Shown: positions 19,102 through 29,128, counted from the first letter of the stretch. The stretch is DNA of 47,487 nt from a virus (IMGVR_UViG_3300037440_000064:1-47487); one strand, 5' to 3'. Notes: generated by a model not told the origin, from the sequence alone. Numbers and translations: made by a program.

Positions 19102-22050
19102 ATGAGAAAAATCATTGTACTGATTTGTTTTGTGCTATTACCAAGTATAGTTTGGTCTGCCACTGGAGATATACTTTATCAGAATTGCGCAAGCTCAGGA
19201 ACATGCACTGGTGCAGGCTCCAGTAATGGTTGGACTAGAACAGTTGAGACATCAGGGTGCCATTCAGGTAATTGCTTGAAATTATTAGGAACAGTTAACA
19301 CTAATCCAAACGCTGTCGGTTATGGAGCTGGTAACACCTATATAAGTACAGGTACATCGATAAGATATAAAAAAGAAATAACCATTTCTCAATGGGTTAA
19401 GTTTGATAAAGCAGGTATATCTCATGCTAATATGAAGATATTCATCCCCTACGTAACATCTTCGTCAAGATGGGGGGTTTTGATTGTGCCTAACTATGCT
19501 TCAGGAAGTGATATATATCTAAGCAGTGTTAGACCGAACAGATTTACAATAACACCATTATTCTCGCCTAAACTATACACAACCAATATTGCCTATTCAC
19601 ACGGTCCTGACGAAAACGATGAATATTGGTCTGATGGAAGATTGATTGCGGGTGCAACTGTGGCCCCTGCGGTTAAACCGGGGGCTTCTTGGTTTAAGAT
19701 TACAGCGTATTTAAGGCTCCCAACAACAGGTACATCAAACAACGGCGTGTTTAAGCTGTGGCTGGACAATGAACTTTTGTTTGATGCTTTTGATATAGGG
19801 ATGGATAACGCCGATGACGTTACTAATCCGGATTTTCAAACCTTAACATTTTATTCCTCATCAGAAGCCACTGAGCCATTCGAGCATTGGATGGATGATA
19901 TGGTTATCTATGAGGGCTATGTACCGCCTGTTCCAGATACCACACTTAATATCTACAACCCCTTGCCCTCAGCTACGCTTCCGCCGGGGACTACGTCTAC
20001 CACTCTAGGGGTATCTACGAGTATAGCAGCGACTTGCAGGTATTCCACAGCAAGTAGTACGCCATACGGTAGCATGACAAACTTCACCACTACCGGAGGA
20101 ACAACTCACACTAAGGCTCTTACTGGACTCACTGACGGGTATCAACAGGTCTACTATGTAAAATGTGAGGACGTGGGGAACGATTACCCGATAGTTGTGA
20201 GCGTAGCAGCAGCGCAGAAAGGGCTAACGGTTGCTAAAGCGGGTACAGGAGGAGGGACAGTACTGTCAACTCCGGCGGGCATATCCTGCGGTACGGATTG
20301 TTCGAATAACTTTAACCAGGATTCTACTGTTACCCTAACCGCATTACCTGCCGATGGGTCTGCATTTAGAGCATGGTCAGGTTGCAATTCGGTCTCAGGT
20401 AACCAATGTACCGTAGTACTGTCTACAGATAAAAGTGTCGTAGCGTCCTTCTCAGATTACATAGGAGAGATATCACTTAATCTATCAACAGTTAACAACT
20501 TGGCCTCAGGGTCAGACAACTGGCCTATTACCGAAGACTCGGCAGGAGTACAATGGACAAGTTGGGGTGACGGTCCGGGTTTTCAGGGGGCGGCTACTCC
20601 CAAAGCGTCAATAGGCGTAGCTAAAGTTGTAGGGACAAAAGACTCATACACCGGTACTGATACGTGGCATTCAGGTATAGATTACTCTGGATGGGACGGG
20701 AAGAGTAAAGGTATCCTCGCGGTGGGGGATGTCGAGAACGGTGGAACTTTATACCTATGGAGAAGCGGGACAGGGAGCGATGTTCAGGGGTTCGCCTTAG
20801 AACAGCTCTATAAATCAACAGACGGTGGAGTTACATTTGGGGAAGCGGGTGGTGGGACTCCGGTTAAATGGGAGCCAGCAGACTTTTCGCCTACGTCACC
20901 GAGATTTGCTAACTGTACTTTCGTGCAGTTCGGCGGGGGTTACGATGTTGCTAATATCCCTGATGCTGTTGAAGGTTACGCTTACCTATCTTGTCCAGAA
21001 GTACAGCAACCTACTGTATGGAATGTGCAAACCCCTGGTCAGGTAACTATGATGAGAGTACCAATTGGCAGTATCGAAGATAAAAGTACCTACCAGTGGT
21101 ACTCGGGATCAGGGCCTACATGGTCTAGTGACAAGGCGGATAGAGTACCTATTTGGGATGACTCAGCCAACGGTGTCATGCGTATATCGGAAACGTATCT
21201 AGCAGGGATAGATCGGTATATTCTTATTGGACAGCAAGTGGATAGGTTCACTGCTTCGGACGCACATATCGGGATATATGAATCAGAGAATCCCTGGGGG
21301 CCGTGGAATACTGTGACTTTTGAGAATGCACAAGCGTTCGGAATAACAGAATCAGGAGCTACCAAGACGGTATTTTGGGGGATATCCACCAAGTGGTCGT
21401 CTGGAAGTGACTTTACCCTAGTTGGGACATTACCGGGACAAGACGAGTGGGGAAGCGTGGAAGGAGCGTTCACCTTGCTAAATCAAACTGCTTGTGACGT
21501 CGATAATTATTGGGCGTGTGGTGACGGTGACTGTCAAACAGAAGGTTTTTATTATTGGGAAGGAGCGTGCAGAACTATTGAAGAACCTACAGACTGGACA
21601 GGGTTAAACCTGATTCCGAATGGGGACTTCTCAGCGGGGCTAGATGAATGGGGGACCTATACCCCAAACAATGTAGAGATAGCCGAGGGGGCGGCGGTGC
21701 TTAGTTCTGATGTCAGTACAGCAGCGCATATACACCAGGCAATACCAAGCGAAGGAACCTTCGTAGTTGTAGCCAATGCGCGAGAAGCCACTAACGGCGT
21801 AGGCATGTGGACATTCGACCAAGGTGATGTGGTAAGTAGTGTACCTTCTACCGGAGGTACGGTACGCTTCACTGTATCAAGGAGTGCAGGAGCACCCGAT
21901 AACAGGTTCTTCGTTAAGTCTCCAAACGATGTAGGTATAAGCCAACTCATCCTAGACGATGTAGTGGTAAAGAGCTATCTACCCACTACCGAGATAATTG
22001 AGTTCGGGATAAGAGCAAGCGGTGCATCTTTTCACGGTGCATCTTTCTAA
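19102..22050 (+). CDS. Multidomain carbohydrate-binding/adhesin-like protein with signal-peptide-like N-terminus
   Basis: MRKIIVLICFVLLPSIVWS-A; ConA/lyase-like domain; InlB-B-repeat-like unit (LTVAKAGTGGGTV...CGTDC...WSGC...CTV); DUF4185-like region (GSDNWPIT...WGDG); CBM-like C-terminus (NLIPNGDFS). Confidence 0.6.
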   Translation: MRKIIVLICFVLLPSIVWSATGDILYQNCASSGTCTGAGSSNGWTRTVETSGCHSGNCLKLLGTVNTNPNAVGYGAGNTYISTGTSIRYKKEITISQWVKFDKAGISHANMKIFIPYVTSSSRWGVLIVPNYASGSDIYLSSVRPNRFTITPLFSPKLYTTNIAYSHGPDENDEYWSDGRLIAGATVAPAVKPGASWFKITAYLRLPTTGTSNNGVFKLWLDNELLFDAFDIGMDNADDVTNPDFQTLTFYSSSEATEPFEHWMDDMVIYEGYVPPVPDTTLNIYNPLPSATLPPGTTSTTLGVSTSIAATCRYSTASSTPYGSMTNFTTTGGTTHTKALTGLTDGYQQVYYVKCEDVGNDYPIVVSVAAAQKGLTVAKAGTGGGTVLSTPAGISCGTDCSNNFNQDSTVTLTALPADGSAFRAWSGCNSVSGNQCTVVLSTDKSVVASFSDYIGEISLNLSTVNNLASGSDNWPITEDSAGVQWTSWGDGPGFQGAATPKASIGVAKVVGTKDSYTGTDTWHSGIDYSGWDGKSKGILAVGDVENGGTLYLWRSGTGSDVQGFALEQLYKSTDGGVTFGEAGGGTPVKWEPADFSPTSPRFANCTFVQFGGGYDVANIPDAVEGYAYLSCPEVQQPTVWNVQTPGQVTMMRVPIGSIEDKSTYQWYSGSGPTWSSDKADRVPIWDDSANGVMRISETYLAGIDRYILIGQQVDRFTASDAHIGIYESENPWGPWNTVTFENAQAFGITESGATKTVFWGISTKWSSGSDFTLVGTLPGQDEWGSVEGAFTLLNQTACDVDNYWACGDGDCQTEGFYYWEGACRTIEEPTDWTGLNLIPNGDFSAGLDEWGTYTPNNVEIAEGAAVLSSDVSTAAHIHQAIPSEGTFVVVANAREATNGVGMWTFDQGDVVSSVPSTGGTVRFTVSRSAGAPDNRFFVKSPNDVGISQLILDDVVVKSYLPTTEIIEFGIRASGASFHGASF

Positions 22051-22075
22051 CTAACGTGTTAGTTGAGGGATAATT

Positions 22076-22351
22076 ATGATTAACGTAATTGATGGCGTTT
22101 CAGAAGCGGTCACTTTAGCAAATGCTACAGAACAAGTCATTACCGATAAGGTGATAGTGTACGCAGATGGGCTAGAAGGTTTTGAACATGTGGATGTTTA
22201 TCGGCTAGGCCCTTCTGGTGGGTACGTAGAAGCTACCAATGCAAAAGGGCGGATCATTCTATCTAAGTATCCTAACATGGTAGAACTTCCAGCAGGTACT
22301 TATAAGTTCGTTAAAGGAAAAACCGCCGCTGAGGTATACTTAGGTTATTAG
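22076..22351 (+). CDS. Hypothetical protein
   Basis: RBS GAGGG, 91 aa. Confidence 0.65.
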   Translation: MINVIDGVSEAVTLANATEQVITDKVIVYADGLEGFEHVDVYRLGPSGGYVEATNAKGRIILSKYPNMVELPAGTYKFVKGKTAAEVYLGY

Positions 22352-22361
22352 GAGTAATGAT

Positions 22362-22967
22362 ATGTTTGATATGGTTCATCGTCCAGTATACAATCCTCTT
22401 GAACTGAGTTCGGGGGTGCCGCAGGATTGGTTAGACTGCACGACAACTGATAGTACTATTTACATGAGGTTCATCAGCGCAGGGGATCAGTACACGGCAA
22501 CGTTCACCGGGGCGAATGGAGCCGTCTACCAAACACTGACGACGACAGGTGGTGCGACTGTAGATGTAGCAGCTCAGGGTTTGACCTCACCATATCGATT
22601 AAGATTTCCACTTACCATGGGGTCTGACCAAGCTGCAACCAGTCTCTACATACACAACAACGGCCTTGAGGGAAATGTACCTGACTTTTCAGATATACAC
22701 ATTGCTACATTTTTTGCATACAGCAACAAGTTCACTGATTGGGCTGGTGGGGTAATCCCCGCAACGCTTGGCACAATTCGGCTAGAGAACAACCTACTCA
22801 CACAATCAGCCGTAGATGCTCTACTACAAGCCATAGTTGATGGAGGTAAGTCGTCAGGAACAATGGTACTGAATCTTGGCGGAACGGGTAACGCTGCGCC
22901 TAGTGCTGCCGGGTTAGATAATAGGGACATTCTGGTAGCTAGAGGTTGGACCGTAACGGTGAACTAA
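22362..22967 (+). CDS. Putative virion protein with short LRR-like stretch
   Basis: LYIHNNGL, FAYSNKF and IRLENNLL repeats; C-terminal GTGNAAPS...LVARGWTV; RBS AGGAG. Confidence 0.55.
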   Translation: MFDMVHRPVYNPLELSSGVPQDWLDCTTTDSTIYMRFISAGDQYTATFTGANGAVYQTLTTTGGATVDVAAQGLTSPYRLRFPLTMGSDQAATSLYIHNNGLEGNVPDFSDIHIATFFAYSNKFTDWAGGVIPATLGTIRLENNLLTQSAVDALLQAIVDGGKSSGTMVLNLGGTGNAAPSAAGLDNRDILVARGWTVTVN

Positions 22968-22990
22968 TGAAACCTAATAGGAGGGATACT

Positions 22991-23365
22991 ATGGAGTATG
23001 ATAGCGTATTCTGGCTTGCAGTAAACGCCTACCATGAAGCAAGGGGAGAACCAAGAGAAGGTAAGATTGCAGTATGCCACGTGGTTATGAACCGTATGGA
23101 GAAAAAAGGCAAAACGGCTAAAGAAATTATACTGGCAAGTATGCAGTTTAGCTGGTATAACGAAAAGAAATTTAAACCTTTACGCGACTACTATGCTTTC
23201 ATCGCTTGCTTAGAAGCTGTAGAAGCTACGCTGTTAGAACGTAGGAACGGGAAAACTTTAGAAATAGCTGACCACTACTTCAATCCTTATAAAGTTTTGC
23301 CGAAATGGGCAGCGGCTATGACCCATATCGTAACTATAAACAACCATGCCTTTTACAGAGAATAA
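22991..23365 (+). CDS. Cell wall hydrolase, SleB/Hydrolase_2 family (probable endolysin)
   Basis: YHEARGE...AVCHVVMNR...QFSW...HYFNP...PKWA...NHAFY; RBS GGAGGG before ATG 22991. Confidence 0.9.
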   Translation: MEYDSVFWLAVNAYHEARGEPREGKIAVCHVVMNRMEKKGKTAKEIILASMQFSWYNEKKFKPLRDYYAFIACLEAVEATLLERRNGKTLEIADHYFNPYKVLPKWAAAMTHIVTINNHAFYRE

Positions 23366-23475
23366 CTAACACGTTAGTTGAGAAGATATGAAAATTCGTT
23401 TAATGGAAAACTTGAGGGGGATTGTACTTACCTTCAGTTTTGAGGAGATAAAAAAGTTCTTTAAGGAGAAACGTT

Positions 23476-23745
23476 ATGCTAAAGGATTTACTGGACGCAA
23501 TAAAAGTAGGGAACCAGTTAAACGATCCGGCAAAGTGGAAAGCGATAATCGAGATAGCGAATAAAATCTTTATGGGACTTGTGTCTTTGGTAGCTACCGT
23601 AAGGTCGCAAAGCCCTGACTTTTTTATCTCTGATATAACCTTGTTCTACACTACAATAGTAACTACGGTGGTTGTGGTAATAGCCAACATGTATTTCAAC
23701 CGTGCTACCACTCTTAAAAAAGTAGCCTTAAATAAGGAGGTATAA
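23476..23745 (+). CDS. Putative holin
   Basis: 89 aa with two hydrophobic segments and a basic C-terminus, next to the endolysin. Confidence 0.55.
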   Translation: MLKDLLDAIKVGNQLNDPAKWKAIIEIANKIFMGLVSLVATVRSQSPDFFISDITLFYTTIVTTVVVVIANMYFNRATTLKKVALNKEV

Positions 23746-24035
23746 TGGACTCTTTTATTACTACCTATCCAGGCGTAGTAACTGCTCTCTTTGGCCTTCT
23801 TATAGTAATACTTGGATTTCTCCTTCTCTATCCGTTGAACAGCCTTAGTACGGCCATAAATCAACTAAGGAAATCTATGGAAGATATTGTAAAAGAACTG
23901 AAAGAGGACAGGAAGAAAGACCGTGAAGATATTGGTAACTTGTTTGATCGCATGTCCGTTATGGAAACAACTTGCAGTATACACCACGGATCGCATGGTC
24001 CGCATAGCCACCAACGAAGAGATGATAATCCTTAA
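23745..24035 (+). CDS. Membrane protein with coiled coil (holin- or spanin-like)
   Basis: One N-terminal TM segment followed by a charged coiled coil; RBS AAGGAGG. Confidence 0.5.
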   Translation: MDSFITTYPGVVTALFGLLIVILGFLLLYPLNSLSTAINQLRKSMEDIVKELKEDRKKDREDIGNLFDRMSVMETTCSIHHGSHGPHSHQRRDDNP

Positions 24036-24039
24036 CGTG

Positions 24040-24073
24040 AATACCCGTAACTAACATGTTAGTTACGGGTATT
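24040..24073. terminator. Perfect 34-bp palindrome at the convergence of the two arms; probable bidirectional terminator
   Basis: AATACCCGT-AACTAACATGTTAGTT-ACGGGTATT. Confidence 0.6.
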
Positions 24074-24227
24074 ATGCATTACACACCTTTTATAATTGAT
24101 TTTATTTTCTCTCTAACCAACTCCCACTTTCGATCTTTCCAAAGCTCGTCAGTTGGCTTCTTAACAACACTGTCAGGTTTCTTTTCCTCGGTTGGCTTCC
24201 CTCCAAGTAACTTCTTTAGTACGTCCA

Positions 24228-24569
24228 CTATCTCCCCCACAATTTGTTTTCATAATCAGTAGGTGTAGGTACGGAAGATAACTTACGGCGCCCAACATCT
24301 TTACCTAAATCATCTTCATTGTCTATCTGCTTCTGCTTGGAGTAGTGAGCTAACGCAGCTTTACGCTTTCGTATAAGCTTAGTCTCGTCTACTATAGCCT
24401 TCATCTCTCCTCGCCGAACGGCTCGGTGCCTATCCTTCTTATGTTGGGGACAGCAGTACCGAGTTTTATCCGCTTCCGCATAATTAGCCGCTTCGAAGTA
24501 GAGTTTCTTCCCGCAGAAAGCACAGGTAGCTAGGACACACAGAGGAAAGAATCTTTTACCATTAGCCAT
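24228..24569 (-). CDS. Zn-binding hypothetical protein
   Basis: CAFCG...YCCPQH; start at ATG 24569 after AGGAG. Confidence 0.55.
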   Translation of the reverse strand: MANGKRFFPLCVLATCAFCGKKLYFEAANYAEADKTRYCCPQHKKDRHRAVRRGEMKAIVDETKLIRKRKAALAHYSKQKQIDNEDDLGKDVGRRKLSSVPTPTDYENKLWGR

Positions 24570-24778
24570 TATACCAACTCCTTTTCTATCGCCAGCCATT
24601 CAGGTATTACTATTCTGAATAGCCCACTAGCTTGTTTATCAGGATCATCTTCAAGTTGCGATAAAGGAATCCAGACTTCTACTAGCCCATCAGAAAAGAG
24701 GATAGCTTTTTCAGTTTTAACTATTATCGACCCCTCCAACTCTATGTAATTTTTATTTACTCCGTATAACTTACCCAC
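24569..24778 (-). CDS. Small hypothetical protein
   Basis: RBS AAGGAGG; TEKAILF...WIPLSQ...IPEWLA, a common small phage protein pattern. Confidence 0.7.
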   Translation of the reverse strand: MGKLYGVNKNYIELEGSIIVKTEKAILFSDGLVEVWIPLSQLEDDPDKQASGLFRIVIPEWLAIEKELV

Positions 24779-24794
24779 TGCATCACCTCCTTAA

Positions 24795-25025
24795 CTAACT
24801 GTTAGTTACTTTGAATCCAATGTTCTCAAGCTCACTTGGAACTTGAAGCAGCATACGCACATGGTCTTTGTACGAATCGGAAATTTCAAGAGCGGAGCAA
24901 ACTTCCAAAGGAGACATATCTTTGAAGTACTCCGAATAGGCTACCAGCACAGTCGCAACGCAGGTTGATTGTGCTCTTCGCTCTCTTGCCCTCCTTACCA
25001 GTATTACCAACTCAGATACCTTCAT
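24795..25025 (-). CDS. Small hypothetical protein, possibly DNA-binding
   Basis: RBS AAGGAGGAG; helical 76 aa; stop codon lies inside a palindrome copy. Confidence 0.65.
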   Translation of the reverse strand: MKVSELVILVRRARERRAQSTCVATVLVAYSEYFKDMSPLEVCSALEISDSYKDHVRMLLQVPSELENIGFKVTNS

Positions 25026-26377
25026 TTTTTACTCCTCCTTAGATACTCTATTGCTTCCTCTTGAATTTTTCCTTTACTGGTGAGGGCTTTTAAAAGCCAC
25101 TCGTCCAACGTACCAACTGCAAAAATTATGTGATTTAATATGCAAGCGTACTTACTTCCCCTTCTCCTCAGTCTCGCTATAAGTTGAAGGTAATACTCTA
25201 AATCCCAAGTTAAGGAGTACCATACAATATCCCGTCCTCCTCCTTGGAGATTCAGACCGTGACTCATAGCCGCTGGATGTACCAACATAACAGGAATCTT
25301 CCCTTCCATCCAGCTACGAATCCATTTGTTACTCTGACCGTCACTTGTACCTGAGTACAGGGCAGGAACCTCGTAGCCTAGATGTTCCCGAATAAGGGTT
25401 ATGTCCTGCTTAAAGTTTATTCCCACCAAGACGTTACCGTCTATCCCCTCGATCAGTTCGTCTAGTGCTTTAAGTTTTTCAGCATGGAGCTTTACGACTC
25501 CGTTCTCAGTATACAAAAAACCAGAAGCTATCTGCCTCAGCTTTTGCGTCAAAGCTTGGGGATTCTTTATGACCACCTTCTCGTTACCTACTTCCATTAG
25601 TAAGTTATTACAAGCGTTAGTGTACAGCTTCTGCACCTTATCGGGCAACACAACTGAAACAATGTTGTTCTTTACGTCAGGTAAACCTACCCCGCTTGTA
25701 TCCTCTACAACAAGAACTAAGTCTTTTATCTTGTCAAGTATTTCTTTCCTTGCTCCTGACTTTGGAACCCAAACCCTCTCGGCTTTCTGAATCATGTACT
25801 GCTCCCTGAAAGCCGTTATCCCTCTACCTAATCGGTCTCCCCTATCTAAGGCGTATACCTGACTCCAGAGGTTGGCTTCCCCATTCGGCTTCGGTGTACC
25901 CGTAAGCAGCAGAACTCTTTTCATGTACCTTGCCAACTTGTGAACGAGCTTTGTCCTACCTGATGAGGGGTTCTTTATGTATGTAGATTCGTCCAGTACC
26001 AACATATCAAAAGCGGGCATGTACTTTTTATTATTGTAAAGCCACTGTAGCCCTTCATAGTTTATCAGGGTTATGTCTACATTTGCCGATTCATAATGTA
26101 GCCTGTCTAGCTTATCCGAACCGTGTAAAACCGTGTAGGTAAGATTCTTTGTATGCCTCCACTTGGCTATCTCATCAGGCCACGTTATTAAAGTTACTCT
26201 TTTTGGAGCTACTACCAACACCCTCTTAACTAACACGTAGTTGTATAGTAACTCTTCGATAGCCGTTAAAGCCGATACTGTCTTACCTACTCCCATTGTT
26301 ATTAGTATACCACAATGGGAGTTGGTAAGGGCGAACTTAGTACCTTCGGATTGACAAGATAAGGGATTATATTTCAT
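25022..26377 (-). CDS. SNF2-like SF2 helicase
   Basis: MGVGKT, LDEST, LTGTP, HGLNLQ, QLIARLRRRG motifs. Confidence 0.92.
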   Translation of the reverse strand: MKYNPLSCQSEGTKFALTNSHCGILITMGVGKTVSALTAIEELLYNYVLVKRVLVVAPKRVTLITWPDEIAKWRHTKNLTYTVLHGSDKLDRLHYESANVDITLINYEGLQWLYNNKKYMPAFDMLVLDESTYIKNPSSGRTKLVHKLARYMKRVLLLTGTPKPNGEANLWSQVYALDRGDRLGRGITAFREQYMIQKAERVWVPKSGARKEILDKIKDLVLVVEDTSGVGLPDVKNNIVSVVLPDKVQKLYTNACNNLLMEVGNEKVVIKNPQALTQKLRQIASGFLYTENGVVKLHAEKLKALDELIEGIDGNVLVGINFKQDITLIREHLGYEVPALYSGTSDGQSNKWIRSWMEGKIPVMLVHPAAMSHGLNLQGGGRDIVWYSLTWDLEYYLQLIARLRRRGSKYACILNHIIFAVGTLDEWLLKALTSKGKIQEEAIEYLRRSKK

Positions 26378-26775
26378 GCCAGTAAACAGTTAGGTAAAGG
26401 GGTATCATATCCTGATGCTAGTATGTGCGCTACTATCTCCAAAGCTAAATCCACTTCCTCGTAGCTATCACAGACAAACACTAAGTGCCCCTTAACCCTC
26501 CTATCTTCGTGATCTTCTTTCTGTTTTGGGGCAGGTACTTTACCGGGAGCTTTCAACTCCACAAAGAACATAAGCCCGTAAGGAAATGTTAAGTACCATT
26601 CAGTGCTGCACAATCTATCTGGAACAGAAGACTTTTGTGGGCTTTGGAACTTCTCACACGTAATGTTACGTTTCTTGCATTCCTTGACGAGGTAAGCTTC
26701 CACATCTTTCTCAAGAAGCTTTCGTCCGTTCCTGTTCTCTGTAGTCTTGTGTACAATTATTCTATCCTTGAACAT
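26374..26775 (-). CDS. VRR-NUC nuclease
   Basis: EKDVE...VPDR...FVELKAPG...Q PD-(D/E)xK pattern upstream of the helicase. Confidence 0.88.
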   Translation of the reverse strand: MFKDRIIVHKTTENRNGRKLLEKDVEAYLVKECKKRNITCEKFQSPQKSSVPDRLCSTEWYLTFPYGLMFFVELKAPGKVPAPKQKEDHEDRRVKGHLVFVCDSYEEVDLALEIVAHILASGYDTPLPNCLLA

Positions 26776-26785
26776 TGCCTACCTC

Positions 26786-27112
26786 CTACAGCTTTCGCCA
26801 TTTCGCTATTGGGATTGGGGTGCCCATTACGTGTGTTACTTCCAACTCCCTAGTTTCTTTATAGACTAGGTCATCCAATACTAAGTTATGTCTGACATCA
26901 ACTACTATACACGGAGCGTTTGCTAACCTCCATGCTTTCATTTGCGAATCTCTCATAGCCTGAAGTTCTTCTACTCGATATTGTAACCAACAATTTTTTC
27001 CAGATACCTTGAAACTTTTACTCGCCAATGTGGTTGCGCGATAGGGGGAGTAAGCGTGTTCCCCTAACCACAGGTATCTTATAGCCATAAATTTGGACCT
27101 TTCTTTTTCCAT
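26786..27112 (-). CDS. Hypothetical protein
   Basis: RBS AAGGAGG, 108 aa. Confidence 0.65.
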   Translation of the reverse strand: MEKERSKFMAIRYLWLGEHAYSPYRATTLASKSFKVSGKNCWLQYRVEELQAMRDSQMKAWRLANAPCIVVDVRHNLVLDDLVYKETRELEVTHVMGTPIPIAKWRKL

Positions 27113-27139
27113 TTCGTTCCTCCTTAACTAACATGTTAG

Positions 27140-29128
27140 TTACTTCTTATCGTAGTGGTAGGCTTCCCAACAGTCAGAACCTATAGGCATCTCAGGACAC
27201 CAAGAGTTAGGCATAGTCATAGCTTCTTCATAATCTTTCAGGTTGTACGCAGGATCATCAGGTACTAAGCTTATCCCCTCATCGTGTACCGACAGGTTCA
27301 AAGGGTAGCCTCTTCTCTCTACCTCCATATGGCCTTCGAAAAGTATGTCTCTGCAAGAAGCTTGCACAGCAGACTGAAAGAAGCTCGGACCCGTTACTAC
27401 TCTTCTCGCCCATTTGTGGTTCCCTCCCGGTGTATTGTCCACCCACATTGCAGTTACATTTTCTTGCATCCTACCAAAGAAGGGTTCTTCTCTAACTTCA
27501 GGAGAATAGAAGCTTAACCTTCTACCGCTCGGCAAATACATAAACAAGAACAGGCCTTCCCTTTCAAAGTATACTAGATTTCGGGTATCTTGTACATACA
27601 CCCTTCCACCTTCCTCGCAAGCAGTCATAGCCGCTTCTCCGAAGTTTTCCCACATAGCAGTAAGCTTTGGACGACTTTTCCTAAATGCAGTTATAAGCCT
27701 CTTAGCGGCAATGTCCGACATTTCCAACTTGTGTTTCTTGCATCCTCGCAGTACTGCTCGGTATCCTCCACCGAATTGACCTAACAAAACAGCTACCTTA
27801 CCAAGTTGCCTCTCCTCTTTGTCTATCATATCAACTATAGAGTTGTACATTCGAGCGGCAGTTGCTTTGTACAGGTCTATGTTCTTTCGAAAGTTGTCAA
27901 GCAAATCCCATTCACCGCAAATCCAAGGTGCGCCCCTTGCTTCTATCTGCTTCAGATCGCCCCCCATAAGCTTCATCCCCGCAGGAGCTTTTATTATGGG
28001 GCGAATCATCATCTTAGCGGCGTTCTGAATCCCGCAGTACAACTGAAGAAACAAGTAGTCCCGATCAACGAAACAGTCTTTTATAAACTTTGGACTCTTA
28101 GCTTTAGACTTAGGTAGGTTCTGGGCTTGGAACCCCGCACCCGCTAACCGTCCAGTACTAGCCTTGTTGAAAATTAGATTATTCTTGACAGTCCCATCTG
28201 GGCAAAGCATTTCTTTTATCTTCGTAAACTTAGCAGTCGAAGCATTGTTTCCGTCTTTGTAACAACTCATAGCTTCTCTTACCAGTGGCGTAAACTTGCT
28301 AAAGTCCAAAGCTTCAAGAGTAGCCGCTTGCATATCGGGAAGCTCAATACCTTGGGATAGTAACCAATCTTTAAATTGCGCTCTCTTAGTAGGTCTGTCT
28401 ATACCGGTTAATGAACTGAACTCGGTGGATAATCTATCAGCTTCTAATGCTAACGCTTCAATTATTGCATCAACTAACCCTATGTCTATCGGCAGACCCC
28501 TTTCATTCATCCGCATTACCAGTAGGCAGAACTCTCTTTCTTTTCCTGTCAATGTGTATGGAAGTTTTTTATAAACATCCCTCTCTGTCCTTACATCCTG
28601 CTTACAGTACACGTACAACTGAGCGTAGTCTTTAACGTACTCCTCTCGCTCCCTGAATTGTCCTTTCTTTTTCCCGGTCGCTATCGGCTTACAAAGCAAG
28701 TCCATAAGCTTCTTGCCCTCTTCCATCTTCTGTTCATATGTACCTAACGCTTTGCAACAGTCTTCCAACTTAGCGGGTAAGGCAAGAGTTAAAGCGTCAA
28801 GCATCGTATCGTGGTACTGTTCAGGATGAGGCTCTACCCATCCGAGTTTTGGTACACATACATTGTGAAAGATAGCTCTTTCAAACGACATCGAGTTCCA
28901 GCCATGTACCTTCCTACCTGCCTCTATAGCCGACATAAGGGGTCTTGGTGGGGGTTGCCCTTCTATCCAGATACTCGGTTCATCTTCTCCGAAAGCATAA
29001 GCAAGACATAGAACCTTAGTACTTGGATCGAGGGAGTATCTCCACGCACCTACCCCGCTCTTACCAGCTAAAGGTGCTCGGCTACGTGTCTCGAAGTCGA
29101 GGAATATGTCACTGCTAGTTATGTCCAT
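27140..29128 (-). CDS. DNA polymerase, family A (BPP-1/APSE-type) with 3'-5' exonuclease
   Basis: DFETRS (ExoI), YCKQDV (ExoIII), TGRLAG...QNLP, DLKQIEAR (motif A), RQLGKVAVL (motif B), SVHDE (motif C). Confidence 0.95.
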   Translation of the reverse strand: MDITSSDIFLDFETRSRAPLAGKSGVGAWRYSLDPSTKVLCLAYAFGEDEPSIWIEGQPPPRPLMSAIEAGRKVHGWNSMSFERAIFHNVCVPKLGWVEPHPEQYHDTMLDALTLALPAKLEDCCKALGTYEQKMEEGKKLMDLLCKPIATGKKKGQFREREEYVKDYAQLYVYCKQDVRTERDVYKKLPYTLTGKEREFCLLVMRMNERGLPIDIGLVDAIIEALALEADRLSTEFSSLTGIDRPTKRAQFKDWLLSQGIELPDMQAATLEALDFSKFTPLVREAMSCYKDGNNASTAKFTKIKEMLCPDGTVKNNLIFNKASTGRLAGAGFQAQNLPKSKAKSPKFIKDCFVDRDYLFLQLYCGIQNAAKMMIRPIIKAPAGMKLMGGDLKQIEARGAPWICGEWDLLDNFRKNIDLYKATAARMYNSIVDMIDKEERQLGKVAVLLGQFGGGYRAVLRGCKKHKLEMSDIAAKRLITAFRKSRPKLTAMWENFGEAAMTACEEGGRVYVQDTRNLVYFEREGLFLFMYLPSGRRLSFYSPEVREEPFFGRMQENVTAMWVDNTPGGNHKWARRVVTGPSFFQSAVQASCRDILFEGHMEVERRGYPLNLSVHDEGISLVPDDPAYNLKDYEEAMTMPNSWCPEMPIGSDCWEAYHYDKK

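Noticed and set aside
22020-22047. Tandem GGTGCATCTTT repeat (GASFHGASF) at the end of the adhesin-like gene
   Set aside because: A single short duplication with no further support for a function
23388-23564. Possible ~58-aa ORF overlapping the putative holin
   Set aside because: Weak RBS, long overlap and no lipobox or TM segment to support a spanin call
14998-24035. Diversity-generating retroelement as in BPP-1
   Set aside because: No reverse transcriptase ORF and no template/variable repeat pair was seen
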